Shown: positions 27,791 through 38,199, counted from the stretch's first letter. The stretch is 64,000 bases of DNA from an uncultured Gemmatimonadaceae bacterium (GCA_963705025.1 CAVPIP010000002.1:237697-301696); one strand, 5' to 3'. Notes: generated by a model not told the origin, from the letters alone. Numbers and translations are program-made.

Positions 27791-28726
27791 ATGACCACGG
27801 ACACCATTCTCCAGCGCGTCGGCAACACGTCACTCATCTCGCTGCGAAACGTCGTGCCGGCGAACGGAGTGCGAGTCCTTCTCAAGTTGGAGAGCGAAAA
27901 CCCGACCGGGAGCATGAAGGACCGCGTGGCGCTCGCGATGATCGCAGCTGCCGAGGCGGACGGCCGGCTTGTCGCCGCGGCGCCGGTCGTCGAGTACACG
28001 GGGGGCAGCACCGGCGTCTCGCTCTCGCTCGTGTGCGCGGTCACGCGCCATCCGCTGCACATCGTCACCTCGGACGCCTTCAGCAAAGAGAAGCTGGATC
28101 ACATGGCGATTCTCGGCGCGACGCTTCAGATCGTGCACAGCGACAGCGGCCGCATGACGGAGAAGCTGACGCGCGACATGATCGAGGCGGCGCGCATCGT
28201 CGCCGAGTCGACGGGAGCGTTTTGGACCGATCAAATGAAGAATCGCGATCAGCTCGCCGCGTACGAGACGCTGGCTGAGGAGCTCTGGACGCAGACCGGC
28301 GGCGAGATCGCCGCCTTCGTCCAGAGCGTCGGGACGGCGGCGTCGCTCCGAGGAACAGCGGGCGGCTTACGCCGTCGCCGATCGGACATCAGGATTGTCG
28401 CTGTCGAGCCGGCGGAGTCGCCGGTATTGTCCGGTGGCGCGCCCGGCGCGCACAAGATCGACGGGATCGGCGCGGGCTTCGTCGTGCCGCTCTGGAACGA
28501 CGGCATCGCCGATCAGATCGACACCGTGTCGACGGAGGACGCGATGGCGATGGCGTTCCGGTTGGCTCGTGAAGAAGGACTCTTCGCCGGCACGTCGACT
28601 GGCGCGAATGTCGTCGCCGCGTTGCGGCTGGCGGAATCGCTGGATCGAGGCGCGACGGTCGTCACCCTCATGTGCGACACCGGGATGAAGTATCTCAAAA
28701 CGTTCGCCTCGGCGCTGAGGTATTGA
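27791..28726 (+). CDS. PLP-dependent cysteine synthase / cystathionine beta-synthase family enzyme
   Basis: Start at internal ATG 27791 (MTTDTILQRVGNTSLI). PLP-lysine motif ENPTGSMKDR. GGSTG and GTSTG loops are present. Confidence 0.85.
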   Translation: MTTDTILQRVGNTSLISLRNVVPANGVRVLLKLESENPTGSMKDRVALAMIAAAEADGRLVAAAPVVEYTGGSTGVSLSLVCAVTRHPLHIVTSDAFSKEKLDHMAILGATLQIVHSDSGRMTEKLTRDMIEAARIVAESTGAFWTDQMKNRDQLAAYETLAEELWTQTGGEIAAFVQSVGTAASLRGTAGGLRRRRSDIRIVAVEPAESPVLSGGAPGAHKIDGIGAGFVVPLWNDGIADQIDTVSTEDAMAMAFRLAREEGLFAGTSTGANVVAALRLAESLDRGATVVTLMCDTGMKYLKTFASALRY

Positions 28727-28728
28727 CC

Positions 28729-29115
28729 ATGTCCATCTCGATCGTGCGGCTCGGGTCGCCGCGACACGCGAGGGAAGGGCTTCGGCTTGGCACGGTTCGC
28801 CGGCCGCCCCGCGGCGTGGCGAAAGCGGAGTTCGCGAAGCTCGACTACTACGACGTCTGGGTTCCGGCGCTTGCGCCAAGCCAACCGCTCGTGACGCTCG
28901 CGTTGCGATCCAACGATGAGCAATCGTGGAAATCGTTCGAGCGAAAGTACCGCGCGGAGATGAACAAGCCGGAGCCGTCGCGACTGCTCGATCTCCTTGC
29001 GGCGCTCTCGCACCAAACGCACTTCTCCGTGGGGTGTTATTGCGAGGACGAGTCCCACTGTCACCGGTCGATCCTGCGACGGCTGCTCGCCGAGCACGGC
29101 GCGTCGATGTCGTAA
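28729..29115 (+). CDS. DUF488-family protein
   Basis: MSISIVRLGSP...VWVPALAPS...FSVGCYCEDESHCHRSIL is the typical DUF488 pattern. The gene starts 2 nt after the upstream stop. Confidence 0.7.
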   Translation: MSISIVRLGSPRHAREGLRLGTVRRPPRGVAKAEFAKLDYYDVWVPALAPSQPLVTLALRSNDEQSWKSFERKYRAEMNKPEPSRLLDLLAALSHQTHFSVGCYCEDESHCHRSILRRLLAEHGASMS

Positions 29116-29191
29116 GTCTCTAGCCCGTTCGCGCGCCGGCGCGTAATTTCCCGCGCATTCAGTTCACTCGCCCGAGGAATCCCGGCCTACT

Positions 29192-32100
29192 GTGAGCGGC
29201 GCGTTGCGAGACCAGCTCCAGCAATCGCTCGGTGACGCGTACCGCCTGGAGCGCGAGCTGGGCGGCGGCGGCATGAGCCGCGTCTTCGTGGCCGAAGAGC
29301 TGCGCCTCGAGCGCAGAGTCGTCGTCAAGCTGCTCCCGCCGGATCTCGCCCAGGGCTTGAGCGCCGAGCGATTCGAGCGCGAGATCCGCACCGTCGCGGC
29401 GCTGCAGCAGGCGAACATCGTTCCCGTGCTCACGGCCGGCGAGAGCGACGGACTGCCGTACTACACGATGCCGTTCGTCGAAGGCGAGTCGCTCCGAGCG
29501 CATCTCGCCGGCGGCCCGCTCGCGGTGACGGAAGTGATGAGCATCGTGAAGGACGTGTCGAAGGCGCTGGCGTACGCGCATCAGCGGGGCGTCGTCCACC
29601 GCGACATCAAGCCGGACAACGTGCTCCTCTCGGGCGGCACGGCGGTCGTGACCGACTTCGGCATCGCGAAGGCCATCAGCGCCGCGCGCACGGGCGCCGG
29701 CGGAGCGACGCTGACGCAGGTCGGCACGTCGATCGGAACGCCGGCGTACATGGCGCCGGAACAGGCCGCGGGCGACGCGAACATCGACCATCGCGCCGAC
29801 GTCTACGCGCTCGGTGCGATGACGTACGAGCTGCTCTCGGGCAGGCATGTGTTCCCGGATCGCACCGTGCAGCGCATGCTCGCGGCCCACATGAGCGAGG
29901 CGCCGCAGCCGATTGCCGAGCTGCGCGGTGACGTGCCCGCGCCGTTGGCCGAGCTCGTGATGCAGTGCCTGGCCAAGGATCCGGACGCGCGCCCACAGAG
30001 CGCGAGCGACATCGTACGCGTGTTGGAAACGATCATGAGCGGAAGCGGAACGCCGGTCATGCCCGCGGTGCTCCTGGGCGGACCGCGCATGTTCCTCAAG
30101 GCGCTCGCGATCTATGCCGCTGCGTTCGTCGTCGTGGCCGTCGTCGCGAAGTCGGCCATCATCGCCATCGGGCTGCCGGAATGGGTATTTCCTGGCTCGC
30201 TCATCGTGATGGCGCTCGGGTTCCCCGTCGTGCTATGGACCGGCTACGTGCAGCGCGTGACGCGCCGGGCGCTCACCGCGACGCCGACGTACACGCCGGG
30301 CGGAACGCCGTCGACGACACACGGCACTATCGCGACGATCGCGCTCAGGGCGGCGCCGCACATGAGCTGGTTCCGCACCGCGCGCGGCGGGATGTACGCC
30401 TTCGGCGCGTTCATCGTCGCCATCGCGGCCTTCATGGGCATGCGCGCCTTCGGCATCGGACCGTTCGGATCACTCGTGGCAGCCGGGCGTCTTCAGCAGC
30501 GCGACCCGATTCTGTTCACAGATTTCAAAACGACGAACGTCGACTCGTCGCTCGGCCGCGTCGTGAGCGACGCCGTGCGCGCGGGGCTGTCGGGATCGTC
30601 GGCATTCACGCTGATCGCACCCGCGCAGATCGTGGCGGCTCTCGTGCGAACGAAGCGCGCGCCCGACGCGCGCATCGATTTGGCCATCGCCCAGGATCTC
30701 GCTCAGCGCGGCGGTGTCAAAGCGATCGTCGACGGCGACGTGACCGGCGTCCCCGGCGGGTACATCGTCGCGGTGCGCCTCGTGCGTGCGGATTCGGGAA
30801 TCGAGCTCGCGTCATTCCGCGAACCGGGTGACGGTCCGAAGGGGCTGATCGAGGCGGCCGACAGGCTGGCGCGCGAGCTGCGAAGCAAGGCCGGCGAGTC
30901 CCTGCGGAGCGTGAATGCGACGCCGCCGCTCTTCCAGGCGACGACGAGCTCGCTCGACGCGCTCCGAAAGTACAGCGAGGCGATTCGGACCAACGTGCTC
31001 GGCGACAATCGAGCGGTGGCGCTCGCGCGCGAGGCCGTCGGGATCGACTCGACGTTTGCGTCGGCGTGGAGCATGCTCGCCGCCACGCTGGGCAACTACG
31101 GCGGAACGCGCTCGGCGATCGACTCGGCGGTCACTCAGGCGTACCGCTACCGCGAGCGCCTGCCCGCGCTCGAGCGCGATCTGGTGGTCGCCCGGTATTA
31201 CGCATTGGGGCCGGGACGCGACCGGGTGCGCGCGATCGCGGCGTACGAGGGCATCCTCAAGCGCGGCGATACGCAGCCGCCGATCCTGGTCAACCTTGGC
31301 GAACAGCTCCGGACTCGACGCGAGTTCGCGCGCGCGGAGTCGCTGAATGTCGAAGCGGTGAGGCTCTTTCCCGGCAATGGCACGGCACTCGGCAACATGC
31401 TCGAGATGCAGTTGAATCAAGGCAAGCTCAAGGACGCAGCGGCGACGGCCGCGCGCCTGCAAGAGGTATCGCGGGGCTACGGCAAAAGCCTTCAACTGCT
31501 GGTCTGGTTTGCGGCAGGAGCCGACGATACGCTGCGCAGCCAAGTCGACAGCGTGATGCGTGCCCGCGGCGAGGGTCGGAAGGCGATGGGGATTTACCTC
31601 GCGACCAGTCTGGCGATTCGTGACGGACGGTTGCGCGATTTCGCGGCGCTGTGGAAGGAGCGCGTTGGCGCTCAGCTCTCGCCAGGGGCCGAGCAACCGA
31701 TCTACCGCGTCGAGTTGGACCTCATGGTCAAGGGGCCGTCGGCGACAGCGCTCGCGCAGCTCGATACGGCGATCGCGCAGGTGCCTTTCAAGCAGCTTCC
31801 AATGGTCGACCGTCCGTATCTCCTCGCGGCCCGAGTGCTCGCGTTGGCTGGTGAGCCGGAAAAGGCGCGCGCGATGATCGCGCGATACCACGCTGAGATG
31901 ACGGACACCTCGATCGTGCGCGTGCAGCAGCCGACTGTGCACCGCGCGCTGGCCGAGATCGCGCTCGCGGCGGGCAAACCTCAAGAGGCGCTCACCGAGT
32001 TCCGCCTCGCCGACGTCGGGTACGATGGTGCGCCGGCCGACGAGTGCGCGCCGTGTCTGTTCTACAATCTCGCGCGCGCCTACGATGCCGGGCGACAGCC

Positions 32101-32368
32101 GGATTCGGCCGTCGCAAATTTCGAGCGGTATATGTCGACGCCGTTCTGGAGCAAGATCAATCTCGATCTGGATCCGACGCTCGTCCCGGCGATCCGCGAG
32201 CGGCTAGGGCAGCTGTACGAATCGCTGGGCAACACGGAGAAGGCGGTCGAGAACTACCGAGCATTCGTCGCTCTCTGGAAAAACGCCGATCCGGAATTGC
32301 AGCCCAGAATCACAGACGCGAAACGACGAGTGGCTCGACTGACTCCGGTCGAAAAGCCGAAAAGCTGA
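29192..32368 (+). CDS. Ser/Thr protein kinase with TM segments and large TPR-like C-terminal region
   Basis: Kinase motifs GGGGMSRVF, VVKLL, HRDIKPDNVL, DFG and TPAYMAPEQ, followed by several TM helices and a long helical repeat region. 1058 aa, intact. Confidence 0.9.
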   Translation: MSGALRDQLQQSLGDAYRLERELGGGGMSRVFVAEELRLERRVVVKLLPPDLAQGLSAERFEREIRTVAALQQANIVPVLTAGESDGLPYYTMPFVEGESLRAHLAGGPLAVTEVMSIVKDVSKALAYAHQRGVVHRDIKPDNVLLSGGTAVVTDFGIAKAISAARTGAGGATLTQVGTSIGTPAYMAPEQAAGDANIDHRADVYALGAMTYELLSGRHVFPDRTVQRMLAAHMSEAPQPIAELRGDVPAPLAELVMQCLAKDPDARPQSASDIVRVLETIMSGSGTPVMPAVLLGGPRMFLKALAIYAAAFVVVAVVAKSAIIAIGLPEWVFPGSLIVMALGFPVVLWTGYVQRVTRRALTATPTYTPGGTPSTTHGTIATIALRAAPHMSWFRTARGGMYAFGAFIVAIAAFMGMRAFGIGPFGSLVAAGRLQQRDPILFTDFKTTNVDSSLGRVVSDAVRAGLSGSSAFTLIAPAQIVAALVRTKRAPDARIDLAIAQDLAQRGGVKAIVDGDVTGVPGGYIVAVRLVRADSGIELASFREPGDGPKGLIEAADRLARELRSKAGESLRSVNATPPLFQATTSSLDALRKYSEAIRTNVLGDNRAVALAREAVGIDSTFASAWSMLAATLGNYGGTRSAIDSAVTQAYRYRERLPALERDLVVARYYALGPGRDRVRAIAAYEGILKRGDTQPPILVNLGEQLRTRREFARAESLNVEAVRLFPGNGTALGNMLEMQLNQGKLKDAAATAARLQEVSRGYGKSLQLLVWFAAGADDTLRSQVDSVMRARGEGRKAMGIYLATSLAIRDGRLRDFAALWKERVGAQLSPGAEQPIYRVELDLMVKGPSATALAQLDTAIAQVPFKQLPMVDRPYLLAARVLALAGEPEKARAMIARYHAEMTDTSIVRVQQPTVHRALAEIALAAGKPQEALTEFRLADVGYDGAPADECAPCLFYNLARAYDAGRQPDSAVANFERYMSTPFWSKINLDLDPTLVPAIRERLGQLYESLGNTEKAVENYRAFVALWKNADPELQPRITDAKRRVARLTPVEKPKS

Positions 32369-32513
32369 ACGGCGCGGACAGACGAACGGCGCGAATGGCA
32401 AACGGCGCGGACAGCCGAACGGCGCGAACAGCAAACGGCGCGGACAGCCAAACGGCGCCAACAGCCGAACTGCGCGGACAGCCGAACGGCGCCAACGTCA
32501 AACGGCGCTAAGG
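32363..32513. repeat. 17-nt family array, forward orientation (AGCCGAACGGCGCGGAC), 9 units
   Basis: The first unit, agctgaacggcgcggac, contains the kinase stop codon TGA 32366-32368. Units are 16-17 nt with point variants. Confidence 0.9.
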
Positions 32514-32579
32514 CGGACCGGAACGCTCACAGCGGCCGAGTCGAGTGTCATCAGAAGAATCTAGGCTCCTCGCCTCCAC

Positions 32580-32720
32580 ATGCCGTTCTGCCGTCCGCGG
32601 TTTGCGCTGTTCGTGTTTGGCGCCGTTCGGCTGTTGGCGCCGTTCGGCTGTCCGCGCCGTTCGGCTGTCGGCGCCGTTCGCCTCTCAACGCCGTTCGGCT
32701 GTCCGCGCCGTTCGCGACCC
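32580..32720. repeat. 17-nt family array, reverse orientation (GCGCCGTTCGGCTGTCC), about 8 units
   Basis: Clean units lie at 32620, 32637 and 32654, with degenerate ones at both ends. The array ends 18 nt before the stop (32738) of the convergent HD-GYP gene and is inverted relative to 32363-32513. Confidence 0.85.
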
Positions 32721-32737
32721 ACTCTTCGCGCCGAGAC

Positions 32738-34645
32738 CTAGTGTCTGTGCCATTCTGACCCGAGAATCGTTCGATAGACGCCGCTCTGGGTCATGATGTC
32801 GACGAGCTCGTCGTCGAGCAGGCCTGCCTTCGCCTCCGATCGAATGATCTCGATCGCTTTGTCGGGCGACACGGCTGGCTTGTAGGGCCGGTCGCCTTCG
32901 GTGAGCGCGTCGAAGATGTCGGCGAGCGTGATCATGCGTGTCTGGACCGGAATGTCCTCCTTCGACAGGCGTCGTGGATACCCGGTGCCGTCGAGCTTCT
33001 CGTGATGTCCCCAGGTGAATGCCACGAGATTCTTGAGATCCTCCGTCCACGGGATCTGCACGAGAAAGCGGCGCGTGTACTCCACGTGCGCCTCGATCTC
33101 GGCTCGTTCGCTCGGATCGAGAGTGCCCCGCGCGAGTTGCAGAAAGCGCAGCTCCTCCGGCGCCAGATACGGCGCGGAGGTACCGTCGGCGCGCCGAAAC
33201 GTGCGGTCGCCGATCTCGAGCAACGCGGCATTCATCGGTGTGTCGAGCACGGTTGGCTCGTTGGCCGCGCGAACGATCTCCTGCATTCGGTCGAGCTCAC
33301 GGAGCGCCGCGGCAAGCTCGCCGTCGCCACCGGCTTCGCGCCGCCCGCAATGCTCGAGGTGCACCGCCTGACGAATGAGCTCGAAGCGCGATTGCACACG
33401 CTCCCACAACAGCGGGGGCAGCTTCTTCGCCTTCACCAAAACGTCTTCGCGCACGGTGATCTTGCCCAGGTCGTGCAAGAGCGCGGCGAAGCGGAGCTCG
33501 CGCATCTGAGCGCGGGTGAATCGTGTGTCGCGGTACGGGCCCCGGCCAACGCGATCGACCGCCTCGGCGAGCGCGGTCGTGAGCGCCGCGACGCGCAGCG
33601 AATGGCCGGCGGTCGTGGGATCGCGGGCGTCGACCGCGGACACTGCCGCCGTCACGAAGCTCTCGAGCATGTGCTCGATCTGGTGATAGAGGCGCGCGGT
33701 CTCGATCGAGACCGCCGCCATGCTCGCCAGCGCGCGACCGAGGCGCACCTGCCGATCCGTGTACGGCAGAACGTACCGATCCGCGTCCTCGACCGTCGTG
33801 ATCGTCGCTTTCGGATCGGACTTTCGATTGATGAAGAAGAGCACGCCGAGGACGTCGCCGCGCTGCGTGAGCATCGGCACCGCCAGCATGGACCGCGCGC
33901 GATAGTTGTACCGCCGCTGGAACTCCTCGCTCGCGACGTACGTCGTGTCGGGAGGCAGGGTCAGCACGTCATCGACCACGACCGGCTCCTTGATGAGGGC
34001 GGCGTGTCCCACGATGCTCGTGCCGTCGACGGCAAAGGTGACGTCGGGGAGCCCGAGGTGCGGCAACGTGTCGATCTCGTAGGCGACGGCGTGCAACTCG
34101 GCGTCGCCGCGCTCGGTGTGGCGCAGGAAGAGCAGCCCGGCGCCGTCGCTTTCGGTGAGCTGCTTGCCCTGACTGACGATCAGCTCCAGCAGCGCCGAGC
34201 GATCGTGCTCGTGCATGAGGGCCACGCCGATCCGGCTCAGCTCGCGAAACTCGCCGTCCGTGCGCGCGACGTCGCGCTCGAGGCGCGCGGCGTCGCGTCG
34301 CGTCAGCGCGAGCCGTCGCGCCACGTCGAGGACAGACGCTCTCGCGGTCGCGTCGCGCAGTCCCACGATCGAGACATCCGCGCGTTCGCCGAGCTCGCGG
34401 ACCGTCGCCGCGTCCGCCGCGACGACGACGATGTGCTTGCCCAGGTTCTTGAGGCGGTCCGGCTGCTCGAGCAGCGCGGTATCGACGATGAGGACGGCGG
34501 CGTGATCGTCAGCGCGCGCGAAGAGCTCGTCGGCCGACCTCCACAGCGCCGTCGTGCCGTGCTCCGACCCGGTCGCCGCTTCGAAGTCCCTCGGCGACGC
34601 TGTGCCGCCGTGGTACACGACGCATGCATCACCCATGCGCCGCAA
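32738..34645 (-). CDS. GAF + HD-GYP domain protein (likely cyclic-di-GMP phosphodiesterase/signalling)
   Basis: HD motif LLHDLGKI and HHEKLDGTGYPRRL (GYP). A GAF-like region lies upstream. 635 aa, intact. Confidence 0.85.
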   Translation of the reverse strand: MRRMGDACVVYHGGTASPRDFEAATGSEHGTTALWRSADELFARADDHAAVLIVDTALLEQPDRLKNLGKHIVVVAADAATVRELGERADVSIVGLRDATARASVLDVARRLALTRRDAARLERDVARTDGEFRELSRIGVALMHEHDRSALLELIVSQGKQLTESDGAGLLFLRHTERGDAELHAVAYEIDTLPHLGLPDVTFAVDGTSIVGHAALIKEPVVVDDVLTLPPDTTYVASEEFQRRYNYRARSMLAVPMLTQRGDVLGVLFFINRKSDPKATITTVEDADRYVLPYTDRQVRLGRALASMAAVSIETARLYHQIEHMLESFVTAAVSAVDARDPTTAGHSLRVAALTTALAEAVDRVGRGPYRDTRFTRAQMRELRFAALLHDLGKITVREDVLVKAKKLPPLLWERVQSRFELIRQAVHLEHCGRREAGGDGELAAALRELDRMQEIVRAANEPTVLDTPMNAALLEIGDRTFRRADGTSAPYLAPEELRFLQLARGTLDPSERAEIEAHVEYTRRFLVQIPWTEDLKNLVAFTWGHHEKLDGTGYPRRLSKEDIPVQTRMITLADIFDALTEGDRPYKPAVSPDKAIEIIRSEAKAGLLDDELVDIMTQSGVYRTILGSEWHRH

Positions 34646-34682
34646 AAGCGCAGCGATCGTGCCGACGTGCTCCGCCGTCCCG

Positions 34683-37109
34683 CTATTCGGCGCGCAGCGC
34701 GACGACCGGATCGACTCTCGCCGCGCGCCGCGCCGGAATCGCGCAGGCGACGGCCGCGACGACGAGCAGGCCGAATGCCGCGGTGGCGAACGCCATCGGA
34801 TCGTACGGATTCAGGCCGAGCAGCAGCGTACGCAAGAGCTGCGCGCCGCCGAGCGCGAGCGCGAGCCCGATTCCGATGCCGACCGCGGCGACGCGAACGC
34901 CCTCGCCCGCCATGAAGCGCGCGACGCCGGACGGTGTGGCGCCAACGGCCACGCGGATGCCAATCTCCCGCGTGCGCTGACTCACGGCGTACGCGACGAT
35001 GCCGTACACGCCGATCGCGGCGAGCACGAGGCCGATGAGCCCCAACGTCGCCGACACGAGTGCCGCCATCTGTTGTGGCAGGAGCGCGATGCCGACATGT
35101 CGCTCGAAGCTCAGGTTCGCCATCAGCGGCAGATCGGCATCGATGGAGCGGAGCGTCGCCCCGACGTCGCGCGCCAGGCCGGGCACGTCGCCTCGAATGA
35201 GTACCGCGACATCGCGCACGCGGCTCTGGCCATAGGGCTCGTAGATCATGGAGCGCGGCGGCTCGTCCAGCGACCGCACTTTCGTATCAGCCGCCACGCC
35301 GACGATGGTCAGCTGGTTCCGCGTGCTGTCGGCCATGCGAACGATGCGTCCAAGCGCGCCGGCCGGCGATCCGTAGAAGCGCCGCGCGAGCTCCGCACTC
35401 ACGATGGTGACGGGCGCACTCGTCTCCCGGTCGGCGGTCGAGAACGCGCGTCCCGCGACGAGCGGCACGTTCATCACGCTGAAATACTCATTCGAGACGC
35501 TCGCGAAATCCGCACTCTGCCAATCGCGGACGTCGCCGGCGTCGGGCTTGAAGGCGGTGGTGGAGTTCCCGAGCGACAGCGGCGCACGCGATACGAACGC
35601 GACACCGCGGACCCCCGGCCGCGCGAGCAGCGCGGCACGCCATTGATCCAGCAGCCGTCGTCCGGCGTCCGGCGAGTAGCTCCGCATCAGCAGGCTCGTG
35701 CTCGCGACGCGGAGATCGCGCATGTCGAAGCCCGGGTTCACGTCGAGCGCGGCGCCGAGCGCGCGGCTGACGAGCGCGGCGTCGATGAGGAGGAGCAGGG
35801 TGAACGCGAGCTGCGCGACGACCACCACGTTGCGCGCGCGCGACCGCCGCGACGCATGTGCGCCCTCATCCTTGAGTGTCGCCATCACGCCGACATCGGT
35901 GCTGCGAAACGCCGGAACGAGCGCGAACAGCACGCCGACGATCAGGGCGAGCGCGAGCGCGAACACGATCACTCGAGCGTCGACACGCACGTCGAGCTCG
36001 ATCGGTATGTCGATCGGCGGCTTGAAGCGAGCGATGGCGTGCGTTGCCACGGTCGCCAGCGCAATCGCCGCCACGCTGCCGCCGAGGAAGAGGAGGACCG
36101 TCTCGGTGACGAGCTGGCGGACGAGCGTCGATCGTCCGGCGCCGAGCGCGACGCGCACGGCAATCTCGCGCCGGCGCCGGACGGCGCGCGCCATCGTGAC
36201 GCCCGCCAGGTTCCCGCACGCGACGAGCAGAATGAGCAGCGAGAAGCTCATCAGCAGTGCCATGAAGATCGCAACGCCGCCGCGCGCTTCGGGCGGCATG
36301 CCGGCGAACGGAAAGAGATCCACGCCGCGCCCTTTGGCGTCCGGATGGTCCGCCTCGATCTGCTTCGCGACGCCTCTCAGCTCTCGCTCGGCGGCCTGTC
36401 GGGATGCGCCGTCCGCCAGTCGGCCAACGAGTTGGAAGGTGTTGTAGCCGCGCGAATCGAGACGCAGGTCGGGCTTCGTAACCGACGACATCGCGATCGG
36501 CGTCCACAAGTCGGCCTTGATGAGCGACAGGATCGCCGACATCTCCGGCCGCGCGACACCGATCAGGGTGAAAGCTTGGCCGTTGATTCGAATTGTCCGG
36601 CCGACGGCGCTCGAGTCGGCGGCGAGTCGGCGTTCCCAGAAGGCGTGGCTTGCGACGACGACCGGATGCGTGCCCCCGGCGGGATAGTCATCCTCTTCGG
36701 GCAGAAAGAATCGGCCGAGCGCCGGTGTCGCGCCGAACGTCGTGAAGAAGTTGCCGCTGACAGTGAAGCCCAGAGCGAGCTGCGCCTCGCCGGTCGTCGC
36801 GACGCTCAGGGGCGCGATGTCGAACGCGGCGAGCGAGCTCAGGGCGCGCGACCGATCGCGCAGGTCTCGGTACTGCAGGTACGAGAAGGAATGAAAGCCC
36901 GATCCGTCGGCGCTGCTCTCGTAGGCGTAGACCAGACGGTCGGCCCGCACGGCGGGAACGGGGCGGAGCAGGAACGCTTCGACGAGCGAAAAGATGGTGG
37001 TGGTCGCGCCGATTCCGATGCCGATCGACACGATGGCGAGGGCGGCGTACCCAGGGCTGAGTCGAAGTTGCCGAAGGGCGTAGCGCAGATCGCGGACGAG
37101 GGCGTCCAT
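34683..37109 (-). CDS. duplicated MacB/FtsX-type ABC permease (ADOP family), no adjacent ATPase
   Basis: The N-terminus MDALVRDLRYALRQLRLSPGYAALAIVSIGIGIGATT is typical of ADOP permeases. There are two FtsX-like 4-TM halves separated by large periplasmic domains. 808 aa. Confidence 0.85.
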   Translation of the reverse strand: MDALVRDLRYALRQLRLSPGYAALAIVSIGIGIGATTTIFSLVEAFLLRPVPAVRADRLVYAYESSADGSGFHSFSYLQYRDLRDRSRALSSLAAFDIAPLSVATTGEAQLALGFTVSGNFFTTFGATPALGRFFLPEEDDYPAGGTHPVVVASHAFWERRLAADSSAVGRTIRINGQAFTLIGVARPEMSAILSLIKADLWTPIAMSSVTKPDLRLDSRGYNTFQLVGRLADGASRQAAERELRGVAKQIEADHPDAKGRGVDLFPFAGMPPEARGGVAIFMALLMSFSLLILLVACGNLAGVTMARAVRRRREIAVRVALGAGRSTLVRQLVTETVLLFLGGSVAAIALATVATHAIARFKPPIDIPIELDVRVDARVIVFALALALIVGVLFALVPAFRSTDVGVMATLKDEGAHASRRSRARNVVVVAQLAFTLLLLIDAALVSRALGAALDVNPGFDMRDLRVASTSLLMRSYSPDAGRRLLDQWRAALLARPGVRGVAFVSRAPLSLGNSTTAFKPDAGDVRDWQSADFASVSNEYFSVMNVPLVAGRAFSTADRETSAPVTIVSAELARRFYGSPAGALGRIVRMADSTRNQLTIVGVAADTKVRSLDEPPRSMIYEPYGQSRVRDVAVLIRGDVPGLARDVGATLRSIDADLPLMANLSFERHVGIALLPQQMAALVSATLGLIGLVLAAIGVYGIVAYAVSQRTREIGIRVAVGATPSGVARFMAGEGVRVAAVGIGIGLALALGGAQLLRTLLLGLNPYDPMAFATAAFGLLVVAAVACAIPARRAARVDPVVALRAE

Positions 37110-37173
37110 GCGGGTCGCTCGAGGTGGGGGCGTGTCTCCTACGGCCTCGCCGCGCTCGCGGTTTCGCGACGCC

Positions 37174-37887
37174 TCAGGCGGACGACCCGCGTTCGCGTGC
37201 CGCGACGAACACGATCTCGGTCCCGGGTGACACGTGCATCACTTCGCGAACGAGGCGACGCGAGGTCTTGCTGATCCAGAACGTCACGGGAAGGCCCGCG
37301 ATATCTGCCTCGACTCGCCACGTGTCTCCATAATCGTCCGTCAATTCCGATCCGGTGACTTTCGCCGTCAACACACGCGAGCCGTCGCGCCCGGAGAACG
37401 AAGGAACCGATATCTCGTAGCCGTCGGCGAGCGGCGACGCGCGCACGATCAAGTCGAAGCTTGCGGGGCTGTACCATCCCGGAGGCGCGGGCGAATCCAC
37501 GGACCGCGACGGTTTGTCGCTCTCTTCGAAGGCGCCGACGACGCGATTCGCCCGCCAGTCCAGCCGCTCCGTGGCGCGATCGGAATGCGACCGAACGCTT
37601 CGAGGCTGAAGACCCGCGAACGCGTCGACGAGGGTGTCGACACTGTTGCCCAACAGGACGTCGGTGGTCCGGCAGACCCGGCGGAACATCGTCTCGCCGT
37701 CGACGGTGACCGTGTCGATTTGATCGATGATCACGCCGGTCCGCCGCTGTTCGCCCATGCGAACCACATAGACGTCGAGCGAATCTCGGGCCGGGCGAAG
37801 GCGGCGGCCGTCGGGGGCTGCACTTTGATGTTGAGCAAAGGCGCTCGTCGAGACGACGGCGAGAAAGAGCAGCGAGTAGTGGCGCAC
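37174..37887 (-). CDS. secreted hypothetical protein
   Basis: Signal peptide MRHYSLLFLAVVSTSAFAQ. 237 aa with protein-like composition. I do not securely recognise a family. Confidence 0.6.
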   Translation of the reverse strand: MRHYSLLFLAVVSTSAFAQHQSAAPDGRRLRPARDSLDVYVVRMGEQRRTGVIIDQIDTVTVDGETMFRRVCRTTDVLLGNSVDTLVDAFAGLQPRSVRSHSDRATERLDWRANRVVGAFEESDKPSRSVDSPAPPGWYSPASFDLIVRASPLADGYEISVPSFSGRDGSRVLTAKVTGSELTDDYGDTWRVEADIAGLPVTFWISKTSRRLVREVMHVSPGTEIVFVAARERGSSA

Positions 37888-37993
37888 GGATGCAACTGGA
37901 GAGGAAGGGGACGTCCCGCGCGCCGTGAACGCGCGTCAAATGCTAGTTGCGTTATGGACCAGCGGCACGCAAGGCATCCCGTGGCCATACGAA

Positions 37994-38148
37994 AGCCGAA
38001 CGGCGCGAACAGCCGAACGGCGCGAACAGCCGAACGGCGCGGACAGCCGAACGGCGCGGACAGCCGAACGGCGCGGACAGCCGAACGGCGCGGACAGCCG
38101 AAGGGCGCGGACAGCCGAACGGCGCACACAGCCAAAAGTCGCGAAAAC
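37994..38148. repeat. 17-nt family array, forward orientation, 8 exact-period units plus a degenerate one
   Basis: AGCCGAACGGCGCGAAC x2, AGCCGAACGGCGCGGAC x4, then two single-mismatch units, at exact 17-nt spacing from 37994 to 38129. Confidence 0.9.
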
Positions 38149-38199
38149 CAAAACGCGCGAAACACGACGCCTTTTATGGTTTCGCGGTCTTCGACTTTG

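Noticed and set aside
37731-38165. Track ORFs running through the repeat arrays (e.g. 37731..38165 -, 37925..38251 +, 24278..24712 +, 24327..24578 +, 32310..32501 -, 32545..32796 +) as repeat-containing proteins
   Set aside because: Their translations (…RSAVRAVRLSAPFGCP… in every frame and on both strands) merely reflect a 17-nt period that is not a multiple of three. They have no start context and no non-repetitive domain.
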